64,000 nt of DNA from assembly GCA_964016885.1 (NCBI GenBank), contig OZ024744.1:27900001-27964000 (forward strand), given 5' to 3'. Under the pieces are notes generated by a model. The model saw only the letters and a list, made by a program, of their open reading frames with translations. It ran no database searches and had not been told where the DNA came from. This stretch comes from Eledone cirrhosa (lineage: Eukaryota). Made by a program: the position numbers and the translations under genes. Below, in pieces: positions 12,501 through 26,800 of this stretch. Each line of letters begins with the position of its first letter. The stretch's first letter is position 1.

Positions 12501-15500
12501 ACTGTTGTTGTTGTTGTTCTCGCTGTTATCACTGTTATTGTCATTGTTGTTGTTGTCGCTGTTATCACTGTTATTGTCATTGTTGTTGTTGTTCTCGCTG
12601 TTATCACTGTTATTGTCACTGTTGTTGTTCTTCTCGCTGTTATCACTGTTATTGTCATTGTTGTTGTTGTTGTGTTCGCTGTTATAACTGTTATTGTCAT
12701 TGTTGTTGTAGTTGTTTTCGCTGTTATCACTGTTATTGTCACTGTTGTTGTTGTCGCTGGTATAACTGTTATTGTCACTGTTGTTTTTGTTGTTGTCGCT
12801 GTTATCACTGTTATTGTCACTGTTGTTGTTGTCGCTGTTATAACTGTTATTGTCACTGTTGTTGTTGTTGTTGTCACTGTTATCACTGTTATTGTCACTG
12901 TTGTTGTTGTTCTCGCTGTTATCACTGTTATTGTCATTGTTGTTGTTGTCGCTGTTATCACTGTTATTGTCACTGTTGCTGTTGTTGTCGCTGTTATCTC
13001 TGTTATTGTCATTGTTGTTGTCGATGTTATAACTGTTATTGTCATTGTTGTTGTTGTTGTTGTTGCTGTTATAACTGTTACTGTCATTGTTGTTGTTGTT
13101 GTCGCTGTTATCACTGTTATTTTCATTGTTGTTGTTGTCGCTGTTATCACTATTATTGTCACTGTTGTTGTTGTTGTTGTCGCTGTTATCACTGTTATTG
13201 TCACTGTTGTTGTTGTTGTCACTGTTATAAATGTTATTGTCACTGTTGTCATTGTTGTCGCTGTTATCACTGTTCTTGTCACTGTTGTTGTTGTTGTTCT
13301 CTCTGTTATCACTGTTATTGTCACTGTTGTAGTTGTTGTCGCTGTTATAACTGTTATTGTCACTGTTGTTGTTGTTGCTGTCGCTGTTATCACTGTTATT
13401 GTCATTGTTGTTGTTGTTGTGGCTGTTATCACTGTTATTGTCACTGTTGTTGTCGCTGTTATCACTGTTATTTTCATTGTTGTTGTTGTTGTTCTCTCTG
13501 TTATCACTGTTATTGTCACTGTTATTGTCACTGTTGTTGTTGTTCTCGCTGTTATAATTGTCATTGTGACTGTTGTTGTTGTCGCTGTTATAACTGTTAT
13601 TGTCATTGTTGTTGTTGTTGTCGCTGTTATCACTGTTATTAACACTGTTGTTGTTGTTGTTCTCGCTGTTATCACTGTTATTGTCACTGTTGTTGTTGTT
13701 GTCGCTGTTATCACTGTTGTCATTGTTGTTGTTGTTGTCGCTGTTATCACTGTTATTGTCCCTGTTGTTGTTGTCGCTGTTATAAATGTTATTGTCACTA
13801 TTGCTTTTGTTGTTGTCGCTCTTATCACTCTTATTGTCATTGCTGTTGTTGTTTTCGCTGCTATCCCTGTTATTGTCATTGTTGTTGTTGTTGTACTCGC
13901 TGTTATCACTGTTATTGTCATTGTTGTTGTTGTTGTCGCTGTTATCACTGTTATTGTCACTGTTTTTGTTGTTGTCGCTATTATCACTGTTATTGTCACT
14001 GTTGTTTTTGTTGTTGTCGCTGTTATCACTGTTATTTTCATTGTTTTTGTTGTTGTTCTCGCATTTATCACTGTTATTGTCAGTGTTGTTGTTGTTGTTC
14101 TCGCTGTTATCACTGTTGTCGTCACTGTTGTTGTTGTTGTCGCTGTTATAACTGTTATTGTCGCTGTTATAACTGTTATTGTCATTGTTGTTGTTGTCGC
14201 TGTTATCACTGTTATTGACACTGTTGTTGCTGTTGTTCTCGCTGTTATCACTGTTATTGTCACTGTTGTTGTTGTTGTTCTCGCTGTTACCACTGTTATT
14301 GTCAATGTTGTTGTTGTCGCTGTTATAACTGTTATTGTCACTGTTGTTGTTGTTGTCGCTGTTATAACTCTTATTGTCACTCTTGTTGTTGTTGTTTTCA
14401 TTGTTATCACTGTTATTGTCATTATTGTTATTGTCACTGTTGTTGTTGTTGTTCTCGCTGTTATCACTGTTGTCGTCACTGTTGTTGTTGTTGTAGCTGT
14501 TATAACTGTTATTGTCGCTGTTATAACTGTTATTGTCATTGTTGTTGTCGTCGCTGTTATCACTGTTATTGTCGCTGTTGTTGTTCTCGCTGTTATAACT
14601 GTTATTCTCACTGTTGTTGTTGTTCTCGCTGTTATCACTGTTATTGACACTGTTGTTGTTTTTATTGTCGCTGTTATAACTGTTATTGCCACTGTTGTTA
14701 TTGTTGTTGTCGCTGTTATAACTGTTATTGTCACTGTTGTTGTTGTTCTTCTCGCTGTTATCACTGTTATTGTCATTGTTGTTGTTGTTGTGTTCGCTGT
14801 TATAACTGTTATTGTCATTGTTGTTGTTGTTCTCGCTGTTATCACTGCTATTGTCACTGTTGTTGTTCTTCTCGCTGTTATAACTGTTATTGTCATTGTT
14901 GTTGTTGTCGCTGTTATCACTGTTATTGTCATTGTTGTTGTTGTTGTCACTGTTATCACTGTTATTGTCACCGTTGTTGTTGTCGCTGTTATCACTGTTA
15001 TTTTCATTGTTGTTGTTGTCGCTGTTATCACTGTTATTTTCACTGTTGTTGTTGTTGTTGTTGCTGTTATCACTGTTATTGTCACTGTTGTTGTTGTTGT
15101 TGTCGATTTTATCACTGTTATTGTCACTGTTGTTGTTGTTGTTGTCGCTGTCATAACTGTTCTTTTCACTGTTGTTGTTGTTGTTGTCGCTGTTATAACT
15201 GTTATTGTCACTGTTGTTGTCGCTGTTATAACTCTTATTGTCACTGTTGTTGTTGTTGTCGCTGTTATCACTGTTATTGTCACAGTTGTTGTTGTCGCTG
15301 TTGTCATTGTTATTGTCATTGTCGTTGTTGTCGCTTTTATAACTGTTATTGTCATTGTAGTTGTTGTTGTCGCTGTTATAACTGTTATTGTCACTGTTGT
15401 TGTTGTTGCTGTCGGTGTTATAACTGTTATTAGTTACTGTTGTTGTTGTTGTTGTTGTCGTTGTTCTCGCTGTTACCACTTTTATTGTCAATGTTGTTGT

Positions 15501-18500
15501 TGTTGTCGCTGTTATAACTGTTATTGTCACTGTTATTGTTGTTGTTGTCGCTGTTATAACTCTTATTGTCACTGTTGTTGTTGTTGTCGCTTCTATAACT
15601 GTTATTGTCACTATTGCTGTTGTTGTCGCTGTTATCACTCTTATTGTCATTGTTGTTGTTGTTGTTCTCGCTGTTATCACTGTTATTGTCATTGTTGTTG
15701 TTGTCGCTGTTATCACTGTTATTGTCATTGTTGTTGTTGTCGCTGTTATCACTGTTATTGTCACTGTTGTTGTTGTTCTCGCTGTTATCACTGTTGTTGT
15801 CACTGTTGTTGTTCTTCTCGCTGTTATCACTGTTATTGTCATTGTTGTTGTTGTTGTGTTCGCTGTTATAACTGTTATTGTCACTGTTGTTTTTGTTGTT
15901 GTCGCTGTTATCACTGTTATTGTCACTGTTGTTGTTGTCGCTGTTATAACTGTTATTGTCACTGTTGTTGTTGTCACTGTTATCACTCTTATTGTCACTG
16001 TTGTTGTTGTTCTCGGTGTTATCACTGTTATTGTCATTGTTGTTGTTGTCGCTGTTATCACTGTTATTACTGTTATTGTCATTGTTGTTGTTGTTGTGGC
16101 TGTTATCACTGTTATTGTCACTGTTGTTGTCGCTGTTATCACTGTTATTTTCATTGTTGTTGTTGTTCTCTCTGTTATCACTGTTATTGTCACTGTTATT
16201 GTCACTGTTGTTGTTGTTCTCGCTGTTATAACTGTTATTGTGTCTGTTGTTGTTGTCGCTGTTATAACTGTTATTGTCATTGTTGTTGTTGTTGTCGCTG
16301 TTATCACTGTTATTAACATTGTTGTTGTTGTTCCCGCTGCTATCCCTGTTATTGTCATTGTTGTTGTTGTTGTACTCGCTGTTACCACTGTTATTGTCAT
16401 TGTTGTTGTTGTTGGCGCTGTTATCACTGTTATTGTCACTGTTTTTGTTGTTGTCACTATTATCACTGTTATTGTCACTGTTGTTTTTGTTGTTGTCGCT
16501 GTTATCACTGTTTTTTTCATTGTTTTTGTTGTTGTTCTCGCATTTATCACTGTTAATGTCAGTGTTGTTGTTCTTGTTCTCGCTGTTATCACTGTCGTCG
16601 TCACTGTTGTTGTTGTTGTCGCTGTTATAACTGTTATTGTGACTGTTGTTGTTGTTGTTGTTGTCGCTGTTATAACTGTTATTGTCATTGTTGTTGTCGC
16701 TGTTATCACTGTTATTGACACTGTTGTTGCTGTTGTTCTCGCTGTTATCACTGTTATTGTCACTGTTGTTGTTGTTCTCGCTGTTACCACTGTTATTGTC
16801 AATGTTCCTGTTGTTGTCGCTGTTATAACTGTTATTGTCACTGTTGTTGTTGTTGTCGCTGTTATAACTCTTATTGTCACTGTTGTTGTTGTTGTTGTCG
16901 TTGTTATCACTGTTATTGTCATTGTTGTTATTGTCGCTGTTATCACTGTTATTGACATTGTTGTTGTTGTTGTTGTTGTCGCTGTTATCACTGTTATTGT
17001 CACTGTTGTTGTTGTTGTTGTCGCTTCTATAACTGTTATTGTCACTATTGCTGTTGTTGTTGTCGCTGTTATCACTCTTATTGTCATTGTTGTTGTTGTC
17101 GCTGTTATCACTGTTATTGTCACTGTTGTTGTTCTCGCTGTTATAACTGTTATTCTCACTGTTGTTGTTCTCGCTGTTATCAATGGTAATGACACTGTTG
17201 TTGTTTTTATTGTCGCTGTTAGAACTGTTATTGTCACTGTTGTTATTGTTGTTGTCGCTGTTATAACTGTTATTGTCACTGTTGTTGTTGTTGTTCTCGC
17301 TGTTATCACTGTTATTGTCATTGTTGTTGTTGTCGCTGTTATCACTGTTATTGTCATTGTTGTTGTTGTTCTCGCTGTTATCACTGTTATTGTCACTGTT
17401 GTTGTTCTTCTCGCTGTTATCACTGTTATTGTCATTGTTGTTGTTGTTGTGTTCGCTGTTATAACTGTTATTGTCATTGTTGTTGTAGTTGTTTTCGCTG
17501 TTATCACTGTTATTGTCACTGTTGTTGTTGTCGCTGGTATAACTGTTATTGTCACTGTTGTTTTTGTTGTTGTCGCTGTTATCACTGTTATTGTCACTGT
17601 TGTTGTTGTCGCTGTTATAACTGTTATTGTCACTGTTGTTGTTGTTGTTGTCACTGTTATCACTGTTATTGTCACTGTTGTTGTTGTTCTCGCTGTTATC
17701 ACTGTTATTGTCATTGTTGTTGTTGTCGCTGTTATCACTGTTATTGTCACTGTTGCTGTTGTTGTCGCTGTTATCTCTGTTATTGTCATTGTTGTTGTCG
17801 ATGTTATAACTGTTATTGTCATTGTTGTTGTTGTTGTTGTTGCTGTTATAACTGTTACTGTCATTGTTGTTGTTGTTGTCGCTGTTATCACTGTTATTTT
17901 CATTGTTGTTGTTGTCGCTGTTATCACTATTATTGTCACTGTTGTTGTTGTTGTTGTCGCTGTTATCACTGTTATTGTCACTGTTGTTGTTGTTGTCACT
18001 GTTATAAATGTTATTGTCACTGTTGTCATTGTTGTCGCTGTTATCACTGTTCTTGTCACTGTTGTTGTTGTTGTTGTCGCTCTCATAACTGTTCTTTTCA
18101 CTGTTGTTGTTGTTGTTCTCTCTGTTATCACTGTTATTGTCACTGTTGTAGTTGTTGTCGCTGTTATAACTGTTATTGTCACTGTTGTTGTTGTTGCTGT
18201 CGCTGTTATCACTGTTATTGTCATTGTTGTTGTTGTTGTGGCTGTTATCACTGTTATTGTCACTGTTGTTGTCGCTGTTATCACTGTTATTTTCATTGTT
18301 GTTGTTGTTGTTCTCTCTGTTATCACTGTTATTGTCACTGTTATTGTCACTGTTGTTGTTGTTCTCGCTGTTATAATTGTCATTGTGACTGTTGTTGTTG
18401 TCGCTGTTATAACTGTTATTGTCATTGTTGTTGTTGTTGTCGCTGTTATCACTGTTATTAACACTGTTGTTGTTGTTGTTCTCGCTGTTATCACTGTTAT

Positions 18501-20210
18501 TGTCACTGTTGTTGTTGTTGTCGCTGTTATCACTGTTGTCATTGTTGTTGTTGTTGTCGCTGTTATCACTGTTATTGTCCCTGTTGTTGTTGTCGCTGTT
18601 ATAAATGTTATTGTCACTATTGCTTTTGTTGTTGTCGCTCTTATCACTCTTATTGTCATTGCTGTTGTTGTTTTCGCTGCTATCCCTGTTATTGTCATTG
18701 TTGTTGTTGTTGTACTCGCTGTTATCACTGTTATTGTCATTGTTATTGTTGTTGTCGCTGTTATCACTGTTATTGTCACTGTTTTTGTTGTTGTCGCTAT
18801 TATCACTGTTATTGTCACTGTTGTTTTTGTTGTTGTCGCTGTTATCACTGTTATTTTCATTGTTTTTGTTGTTGTTCTCGCATTTATCACTGTTATTGTC
18901 AGTGTTGTTGTTGTTGTTCTCGCTGTTATCACTGTTGTCGTCACTGTTGTTGTTGTCGCTGTTATAACTGTTATTGTCGCTGTTATAACTGTTATTGTCA
19001 TTGTTGTTGTTGTCGCTGTTATCACTGTTATTGACACTGTTGTTGCTGTTGTTCTCGCTGTTATCACTGTTATTGTCACTGTTGTTGTTGTTGTTCTCGC
19101 TGTTACCACTGTTATTGTCAATGTTGTTGTTGTCGCTGTTATAACTGTTATTGTCACTGTTGTTGTTGTTGTCGCTGTTATAACTCTTATTGTCACTCTT
19201 GTTGTTGTTGTTTTCATTGTTATCACTGTTATTGTCATTATTGTTATTGTCACTGTTGTTGTTGTTGTTCTCGCTGTTATCACTGTTGTCGTCACTGTTG
19301 TTGTTGTTGTAGCTGTTATAACTGTTATTGTCGCTGTTATAACTGTTATTGTCATTGTTGTTGTCGTCGCTGTTATCACTGTTATTGTCGCTGTTGTTGT
19401 TCTCGCTGTTATAACTGTTATTCTCACTGTTGTTGTTGTTCTCGCTGTTATCACTGTTATTGACACTGTTGTTGTTTTTATTGTCGCTGTTATAACTGTT
19501 ATTGCCACTGTTGTTATTGTTGTTGTCGCTGTTATAACTGTTATTGTCACTGTTGTTGTTGTTCTTCTCGCTGTTATCACTGTTATTGTCATTGTTGTTG
19601 TTGTTGTGTTCGCTGTTATAACTGTTATTGTCATTGTTGTTGTTGTTCTCGCTGTTATCACTGCTATTGTCACTGTTGTTGTTCTTCTCGCTGTTATAAC
19701 TGTTATTGTCATTGTTGTTGTTGTCGCTGTTATCACTGTTATTGTCATTGTTGTTGTTGTTGTCACTGTTATCACTGTTATTGTCACCGTTGTTGTTGTC
19801 GCTGTTATCACTGTTATTTTCATTGTTGTTGTTGTCGCTGTTATCACTGTTATTTTCACTGTTGTTGTTGTTGTTGTTGCTGTTATCACTGTTATTGTCA
19901 CTGTTGTTGTTGTTGTTGTCGATTTTATCACTGTTATTGTCACTGTTGTTGTTGTTGTTGTCGCTGTCATAACTGTTCTTTTCACTGTTGTTGTTGTTGT
20001 TGTCGCTGTTATAACTGTTATTGTCACTGTTGTTGTCGCTGTTATAACTCTTATTGTCACTGTTGTTGTTGTTGTCGCTGTTATCACTGTTATTGTCACA
20101 GTTGTTGTTGTCGCTGTTGTCATTGTTATTGTCATTGTCGTTGTTGTCGCTTTTATAACTGTTATTGTCATTGTAGTTGTTGTTGTCGCTGTTATAACTG
20201 TTATTGTCAC
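576..20210 (-). other. 6544-codon open frame (Thr-rich / Asn-Asp-Ser-rich / Thr-rich), interpreted as a repeat-generated, probably non-coding ORF
   Basis: It is pure repeat, with no signal peptide, globular domain or unique terminus. It starts at a TTG/GTG/ATG-type codon inside an ordinary monomer. It switches between two unrelated compositions at compensating +1 (15432) and -1 (5885) indels. The confidence refers to the non-coding interpretation. Confidence 0.8.
800..5840. repeat. Two related blocks (~800-2290 and ~4420-5840) about 3.55 kb apart
   Basis: Near-identical 131-aa track ORFs at 1604 and 5156 (offset 3552). ATCCCT marker at 1672 and 5224. Shared rare variants (ATCACCGTT, GTCATTAAT, TTTCTGGCT, GTTAGAACT) occur in the same order, with some monomer-level indels. 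Confidence 0.8.
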
Positions 20211-20407
20211 TGTTGTTGTTGTTGCTGTCGGTGTTATAACTGTTATTAGTTACTGTTGTTGTTGTTGTTGTTGTCGTTGTTCTCGCTGTTACCACTTCTA
20301 TTGTCAATGTTGTTGTTGTTGTCGCTGTTATAACTGTTATTGTCACTGTTATTGTTGTTGTTGTCGCTGTTATAACTCTTATTGTCACTGTTGTTGTTGT
20401 TGTCGCT
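10786..20407. repeat. Tandem duplication, period 4777-4819 bp (copies ~10786-15562 and ~15563-20407)
   Basis: Track ORF pairs are offset 4777 (10828/15605, 11179/15956, 11497/16274, 12496/17273, 12850/17627), then 4819 (13357/18176, 13600/18419) after a one-monomer 42-bp indel at ~18077-18118, then 4816 (14890/19706; +A insertions 15432/20248). Confidence 0.92.
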
Positions 20408-22049
20408 ATTATCACTGTTATTGTCACTGTTGTTTTTGTTGTTGTCGCTGTTATCACTGTTATTTTCATTGTTTTTGTTGTTGTTCTCGCATTTATCACT
20501 GTTATTGTCAGTGTTGTTGTTGTTGTTCTCGCTGTTATCACTGTTGTCGTCACTGTTGTTGTTGTTGTCGCTGTTATATCTGTTATTGTCGTTGTTATAA
20601 CTGTTATTGTCATTGTTGTTGTTGTCGCTGTTATCACTGTTATTGACACTGTTGTTGCTGTTGTTCTCGCTGTTATCACTGTTATTGTCACTGTTGTTGT
20701 TGTTGTTCTCGCTGTTACCACTGTTATTGTCAATGTTGTTGTTGTTGTCGCTGTTATAACTGTTATTGTCACTGTTGTTGTTGTCGCTGTTATAACTGTT
20801 ATTGTCATTGTTGTTGTTGTCGCTGTTATCACTGTTATTGTCACTGTTGTTGTTGTTCTCGCTGTTATCACTGTTATTGTCACTGTTGTTGTTCTTCTCG
20901 CTGTTATCACTGTTATTGTCATTGTTGTTGTTGTTGTGTTCGCTGTTATAACTGTTATTGTCATTGTTGTTGTTGTTGTTGTCGCTGTTATCACTGTTAT
21001 TGTCACTGTTGTTGTTGTCGCTGGTATAACTGTTATTGTCACTGTTGTTTTTGTTGTTGTCGCTGTTATCACTGTTATTGTCACTGTTGTTGTTGTCGCT
21101 GTTATAACTGTTATTGTCACTGTTGTTGTTGTCACTGTTAGCACTCTTATTGTCACTGTTGTTGTTGTTCTCGCTGTTATCACTCTTATTGTCATTGTTG
21201 TTGTTGTCGCTGTTATCACTGTTATTGTCACTGTTGTTGTTGTTCTCGCTGTTATCACTGTTATTGTCACTGTTGTTGTTCTTCTCGCTGTTATCACTGT
21301 TATTGTCATTGTTGTTGTTGTTGTGTTCGCTGTTATTGTCATTGTTGTTGTTGTTGTTGTCGCTGTTATCACTGTTATTGTCACTGTTGTTGTTGTCGCT
21401 GGTATAACTGTTATTGTCACTGTTGTTTTTGTTGTTGTCGCTGTTATCACTGTTATTGTCACTGTTGTTGTCGCTGTTATAACTGTTATTGTCACTGTTG
21501 TTGTTGTCACTGATATCACTCTTATTGTCACTGTTGTTGTTGTTCTCGCTGTTATAACTGTTATTGTCATTGTTGTTGTCGTCGCTGTTATCACTGTTAT
21601 TGTTACTGTTGTTGTTCTCGCTGTTATAACTGTTATTCTCACTGTTGTTGTTGTTCTCGCTGTTATCACTGTTATTGTCACTGTTGTTGTTGTTGTTGTC
21701 GCTTCTATAACTGTTATTGTCACTATTGCTGTTGTTGTTGTCGCTGTTATCACTCTTATTGTCATTGTTGTTGTTGTCGCTGTTATCACTGTTATTGTCA
21801 CTGTTGTTGTTCTCGCTGTTATAACTGTTATTCTCACTGTTGTTGTTCTCGCTGTTATCAATGGTATTGACACTGTTCTTGTTTTTATTGTCGCTGTTAG
21901 AACTGTTATTGTCACTGTTGTTATTGTTGTTGTCGCTGTTATAACTGTTATTGTCACTGTTGTTGTTGTTGTTCTCGCTGTTATCACTGTTATTGTCATT
22001 GTTGTTGTTGTCGCTGTTATCACTGTTATTGTCATTGTTGTTGTTGTTG

Positions 22050-23830
22050 TTGTTGTTGCTGTTATAACTGTTACTGTCATTGTTGTTGTTGTTGTCGCTG
22101 TTATCACTGTTATTTTCATTGTTGTTGTTGTCGCTGTTATCACTGTTATTGTCACTGTTGTTGTTGTTGTCGCTGTTATCACTGTTATTGTCACTGTTGT
22201 TATTGTTGTCACTGTTATAAATGTTATTGTCACTGTTGTCATTGTTGTCGCTGTTATCACTGTTATTGTCACTGTTGTTGTTGTTGTCGCTGTCATAACT
22301 GTTCTTTTCACTGTTGTTGTTGTTGTTCTCTCTGTTATCACTGTTATTGTCACTGTTGTAGTTGTTGTCGCTGTTATAACTGTTATTGTCACTGTTGTTG
22401 TTGTTGCTGTCGCTGTTATCACTGTTATTGTCATTGTTGTTGTTGTTGTGGCTGTTATCACTGTTATTGTCACTGTTGTTGTCGCTGTTATCACTGTTAT
22501 TTTCATTGTGGTTTTTGTTGTTCTCTCTGTTATCATTGTTATTGTCACTGTTATTGTCACTGTTGTTGTTGTTCTCGCTGTTATAATTGTCATTGTGACT
22601 GTTGTTGTTGTCGCTGTTATAACTGTTATTGTCATTGTTGTTGTTGTTGTCGCTGTTATCACTGTTATTAACACTGTTGTTGTTGTTCTCGCTGTTATCA
22701 CTGTTATTGTCACTGTTGTTGTTGTTGTCGCTGTTATCACTGTTATTGTCATTGTTGTTGTTGTCGCTGTTATCACTGTTATTGTTACTGTTGCTGTTGT
22801 TGTCGCTGTTATCTCTGTTATTGTCATTGTTGTTGTCGCTGTTATAACTGTTATTGTCATTGTTGTTGTTGTTGTTGCTGTTATAACTGTTACTGTCATT
22901 GTTGTTGTTGTTGTCGCTGTTATCACTGTTATTAACACTGTTGTTGTTCTCGCTGTTATCACTGTTATTGTCACTGTTGTTGTTGTTCTCGCTGTTATCA
23001 CTGTTATTGTCATTGTTGTTGTTGTCGCTGTTATCACTGTTATTGTCACTGTTGCTGTTGTTGTCGCTGTTATCTCTGTTATTGTCATTGTTGTTGTCGC
23101 TGTTATAACTGTTATTGTCATTGTTGTTGTTGTTGTTGTTGCTGTTATAACTGTTACTGTCATTGTTGTTGTTGTTGTCGCTGTTATCACTGTTATTTTC
23201 ATTGTTGTTGTTGTCGCTGTTATCACTGTTATTGTCACTGTTGTTGTTGTTGTTGTTGTCGCTGTTATCACTGTTATTGTCACTGTTGTTGTTGTTGGCA
23301 CTGTTATAAATGTTATTGTCACTGTTGTCATTGTTGTCGCTGTTATCACTGTTATTGTCACTGTTGTTGTTGTTGTTGTCGCTGTCATAACTGTTCTTTT
23401 CACTGTTGTTGTTGTTGTTGTTCTCTCTGTTATCACTGTTATTGTCACTGTTGTAGTTGTTGTCGCTGTTATAACTGTTATTGTCACTGTTGTTGTTGTT
23501 GCTGTCGCTGTTATCACTGTTATTGTCATTGTTGTTGTTGTTGTGGCTGTTATCACTGTTATTGTCACTGTTGTTGTCGCTGTTATCACTGTTATTTTCA
23601 TTGTTGTTGTTGTTGTTCTCTCTGTTATCACTGTTATTGTCACTGTTATTGTCACTGTTGTTGTTGTTCTCGCTGTTATAATTGTCATTGTGACTGTTGT
23701 TGTTGTCGCTGTTATAACTGTTATTGTCATTGTTGTTGTTGTTGTCGCTGTTATCACTGTTATTAACACTGTTGTTGTTGTTGTTCTCGCTGTTATCACT
23801 GTTATTGTCACTGTTGTTGTTGTTGTCGCT
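22050..23830. repeat. Local ~1.09 kb duplication with an embedded ~260 bp re-iteration
   Basis: Track ORFs 22386/23481 are offset 1095. AAC-ACT marker 22670/22934 (264 bp) and ATC-TCT marker 22811/23072 (261 bp). Confidence 0.75.
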
Positions 23831-26800
23831 GTTATGACTGTTGTCATTGTTGTTGTTGTTGTCGCTGTTATCACTGTTATTGTCCCTGTTGTTGTTGTCG
23901 CTGTTATAAATGTTATTGTCACTATTGCTTTTGTTGTTGTCGCTCTTATCACTCTTATTGTCATTGCTGTTGTTGGTTTCGCTGCTATCCCTGTTATTGT
24001 CATTGTTGTTGTTGTTGTACTCGCTGTTATCACTGTTATTGTCATTGTTGTTGTTGTTGTCGCTGTTATCACTGTTATTGTCACTGTTTTTGTTGTTGTC
24101 GCTATTATCACTGTTAATGTCAATGTTGTTTTTGTTGTTGTCGCTGTTATCACTGTTATTTTCATTGTTTTTGTTGTTGTTCTCGCATTTATCACTGTTA
24201 TTGTCAGTGTTGTTGTTGTTGTTCTCGCTGTTATCACTGTTGTCGTCACTGTTGTTGTTGTTGTCGCTGTTATAACTGTTATTGTCATTGTTGTTGTTGT
24301 TGTCGCTGTTATCACTGTTATTGACACTGTTGTTGCTGTTGTTCTCGCTGTTATCACTGTTATTGTCACTGTTGTTGTTGTTGTTGTTCTCGCTGTTACC
24401 ACTGTTATTGTCAATGTTGTTGTTGTCGCTGTTATAACTGTTATTGTCACTGTTGTTGTTGTTGTCGCTGTTATAACTCTTATTGTCACTGTTGTTGTTG
24501 TTGTTGTCATTGTTATCACTGTTATTGTCATTATTGTTATTGTCACTGTTGTTGTTGTTGTTCTCGCTGTTATCACTGTTGTCGTCACTGTTGTTGTTGT
24601 CGCTGTTATAACTGTTATTGTCGCTGTTATAACTGTTATTGTCATTGTTGTTGTCGTCGCTGTTATCACTGTTATTGTCACTGTTGTTGTTCTCGCTGTT
24701 ATAACTGTTATTCTCACTGTTGTTGTTGTTCTCGCTGTTATCACTGGTATTGACACTGTTGTTGTTTTTATTGTCGCTGTTATAACTGTTATTGTCACTG
24801 TTGTTATTGTTGTTGTCGCTGTTATAACTGTTATTGTCACTGTTGTTGTTGTTCTCGCTGTTATCACTGTTATTGTCATTGTTGTTGTTGTCGCTGTTAT
24901 CACTGTTATTGTCATTGTTGTTGTTGTCGCTGTTATCACTGTTATTGTCACTGTTGTTGTTGTTCTCGCTGTTATCACTGTTATTGTCACTGTTGTCGTT
25001 CTTCTCGCTGTTATCACTGTTATTGTCATTGTTGTTGTTGTTGTGTTCGCTGTTATAACTGTTATTGTCATTGTTGTTGTTGTTGTCACTGTTATCACTG
25101 TTATTGTCACCGTTGTTGTTGTCGCTGTTATCACTGTTATTTTCATTGTTGTTGTTGTCGCTGTTATCACTGTTATTTTCACTGTTGTTGTTGTTGTCGC
25201 TGTTATCACTGTTATTGTCACTGTTGTTGTTGTTGTCGATTTTATCACTGTTATTGTCACTGTTGTTGTTGTTATTGTCGCTGTCATAACTATTCTTTTC
25301 ACTGTTGTTGTTGTTGTCGCTGTTATAACTGTTATTGTCACTGTTGTTGTCGCTGTTATAACTCTTATTGTCACTGTTGTTGTTGTTGTCGCTGTTATCA
25401 CTGTTATTGTCACAGTGGTTGTTGTCGCTGTTGTCATTGTTATTGTCATTGTCGTTGTTGTCGCTTTTATAAATGTTATTGTCATTGTAGTTGTTGTTGT
25501 CGCTGTTATAACTGTTATTGTCACTGTTGTTGTTGTTGCTGTCGGTGTTATAACTGTTATTAGTTACTGTTGTTGTTGTTGTTGTTCTCGCTGTTACCAC
25601 TTTTATTGTCAATGTTGTTGTTGTTGTCGCTGTTATAACTGTTATTGTCACTGTTATTGTTGTTGTTGTCGCTGTTATAACTCTTATTGTCACTGTTGTT
25701 GTTGTTGTCGCTATTATCACTGTTATTGTCACTGTTGTTTTTGTTGTTGTCGCTGTTATCACTGTTATTTTCATTGTTTTTGTTGTTGTTCTCGCATTTA
25801 TCACTGTTATTGTCAGTGTTGTTGTTGTTGTTCTCGCTGTTATCACTGTTGTCGTCACTGTTGTTGTTGTTGTCGCTGTTATTTCTGTTATTGTCGTTGT
25901 TATAACTGTTATTGTCATTGTTGTTGTTGTCGCTGTTATCACTGTTATTGACACTGTTGTTGCTGTTGTTCTCGTTGTTATCACTGTTATTGTCACTGTT
26001 GTTGTTGTTGTTCTCGCTGTTACCACTGTTATTGTCAATGTTGTTGTTGTTGTCGCTGTTATAACTGTTATTGTCACTGTTGTTGTTGTCGCTGTTATAA
26101 CTGTTATTGTCATTGTTGTTGTTGTCGCTGTTATCACTGTTATTGTCACTGTTGTTGTTGTTCTCGCTGTTATCACTGTTATTGTCACTGTTGTTGTTCT
26201 TCTCGCTGTTATCACTGTTATTGTCATTGTTGTTGTTGTTGTGTTCGCTTTTATAACTGTTATTGTCATTGTTGTTGTTGTTGTTGTCGCTGTTATCACT
26301 GTTATTGTCACTGTTGTTGTTGTCGCTGGTATAACTGTTATTGTCATTGTTGTTGTCGTCGCTGTTATCACTGTTATTGTCACTGTTGTTGTTCTCGCTG
26401 TTATAACTGTTATTCTCACTGTTGTTGTTGTTCTCGCTGTTATCACTGTTATTGTCACTGTTTTTGTTGTTGTTGTCGCTTCTATAACTGTTATTGTCAC
26501 TATTGCTGTTGTTGTTGTCGCTGTTATCACTCTTATTGTCATTGTTGTTGTTGTCGCTGTTATCACTGTTATTGTCACTGTTGTTGTTCTCGCTGTTATA
26601 ACTGTTATTCTCACTGTTGTTGTTGTCGCTGTTATCACTGTTATTGTCGCTGTTGTTGTTGTCGCTGTTATAACTGTTATTGTCACTATTGCTTTTGTTG
26701 TCGCTCTTATCACTCTTATTGTCATTGTTGTTGTTGTTCTCGCTGCTATCCCTGTTATTGTCATTGTTGTTGTTGTTGAACTCGCTGTTATCACTGTTAT

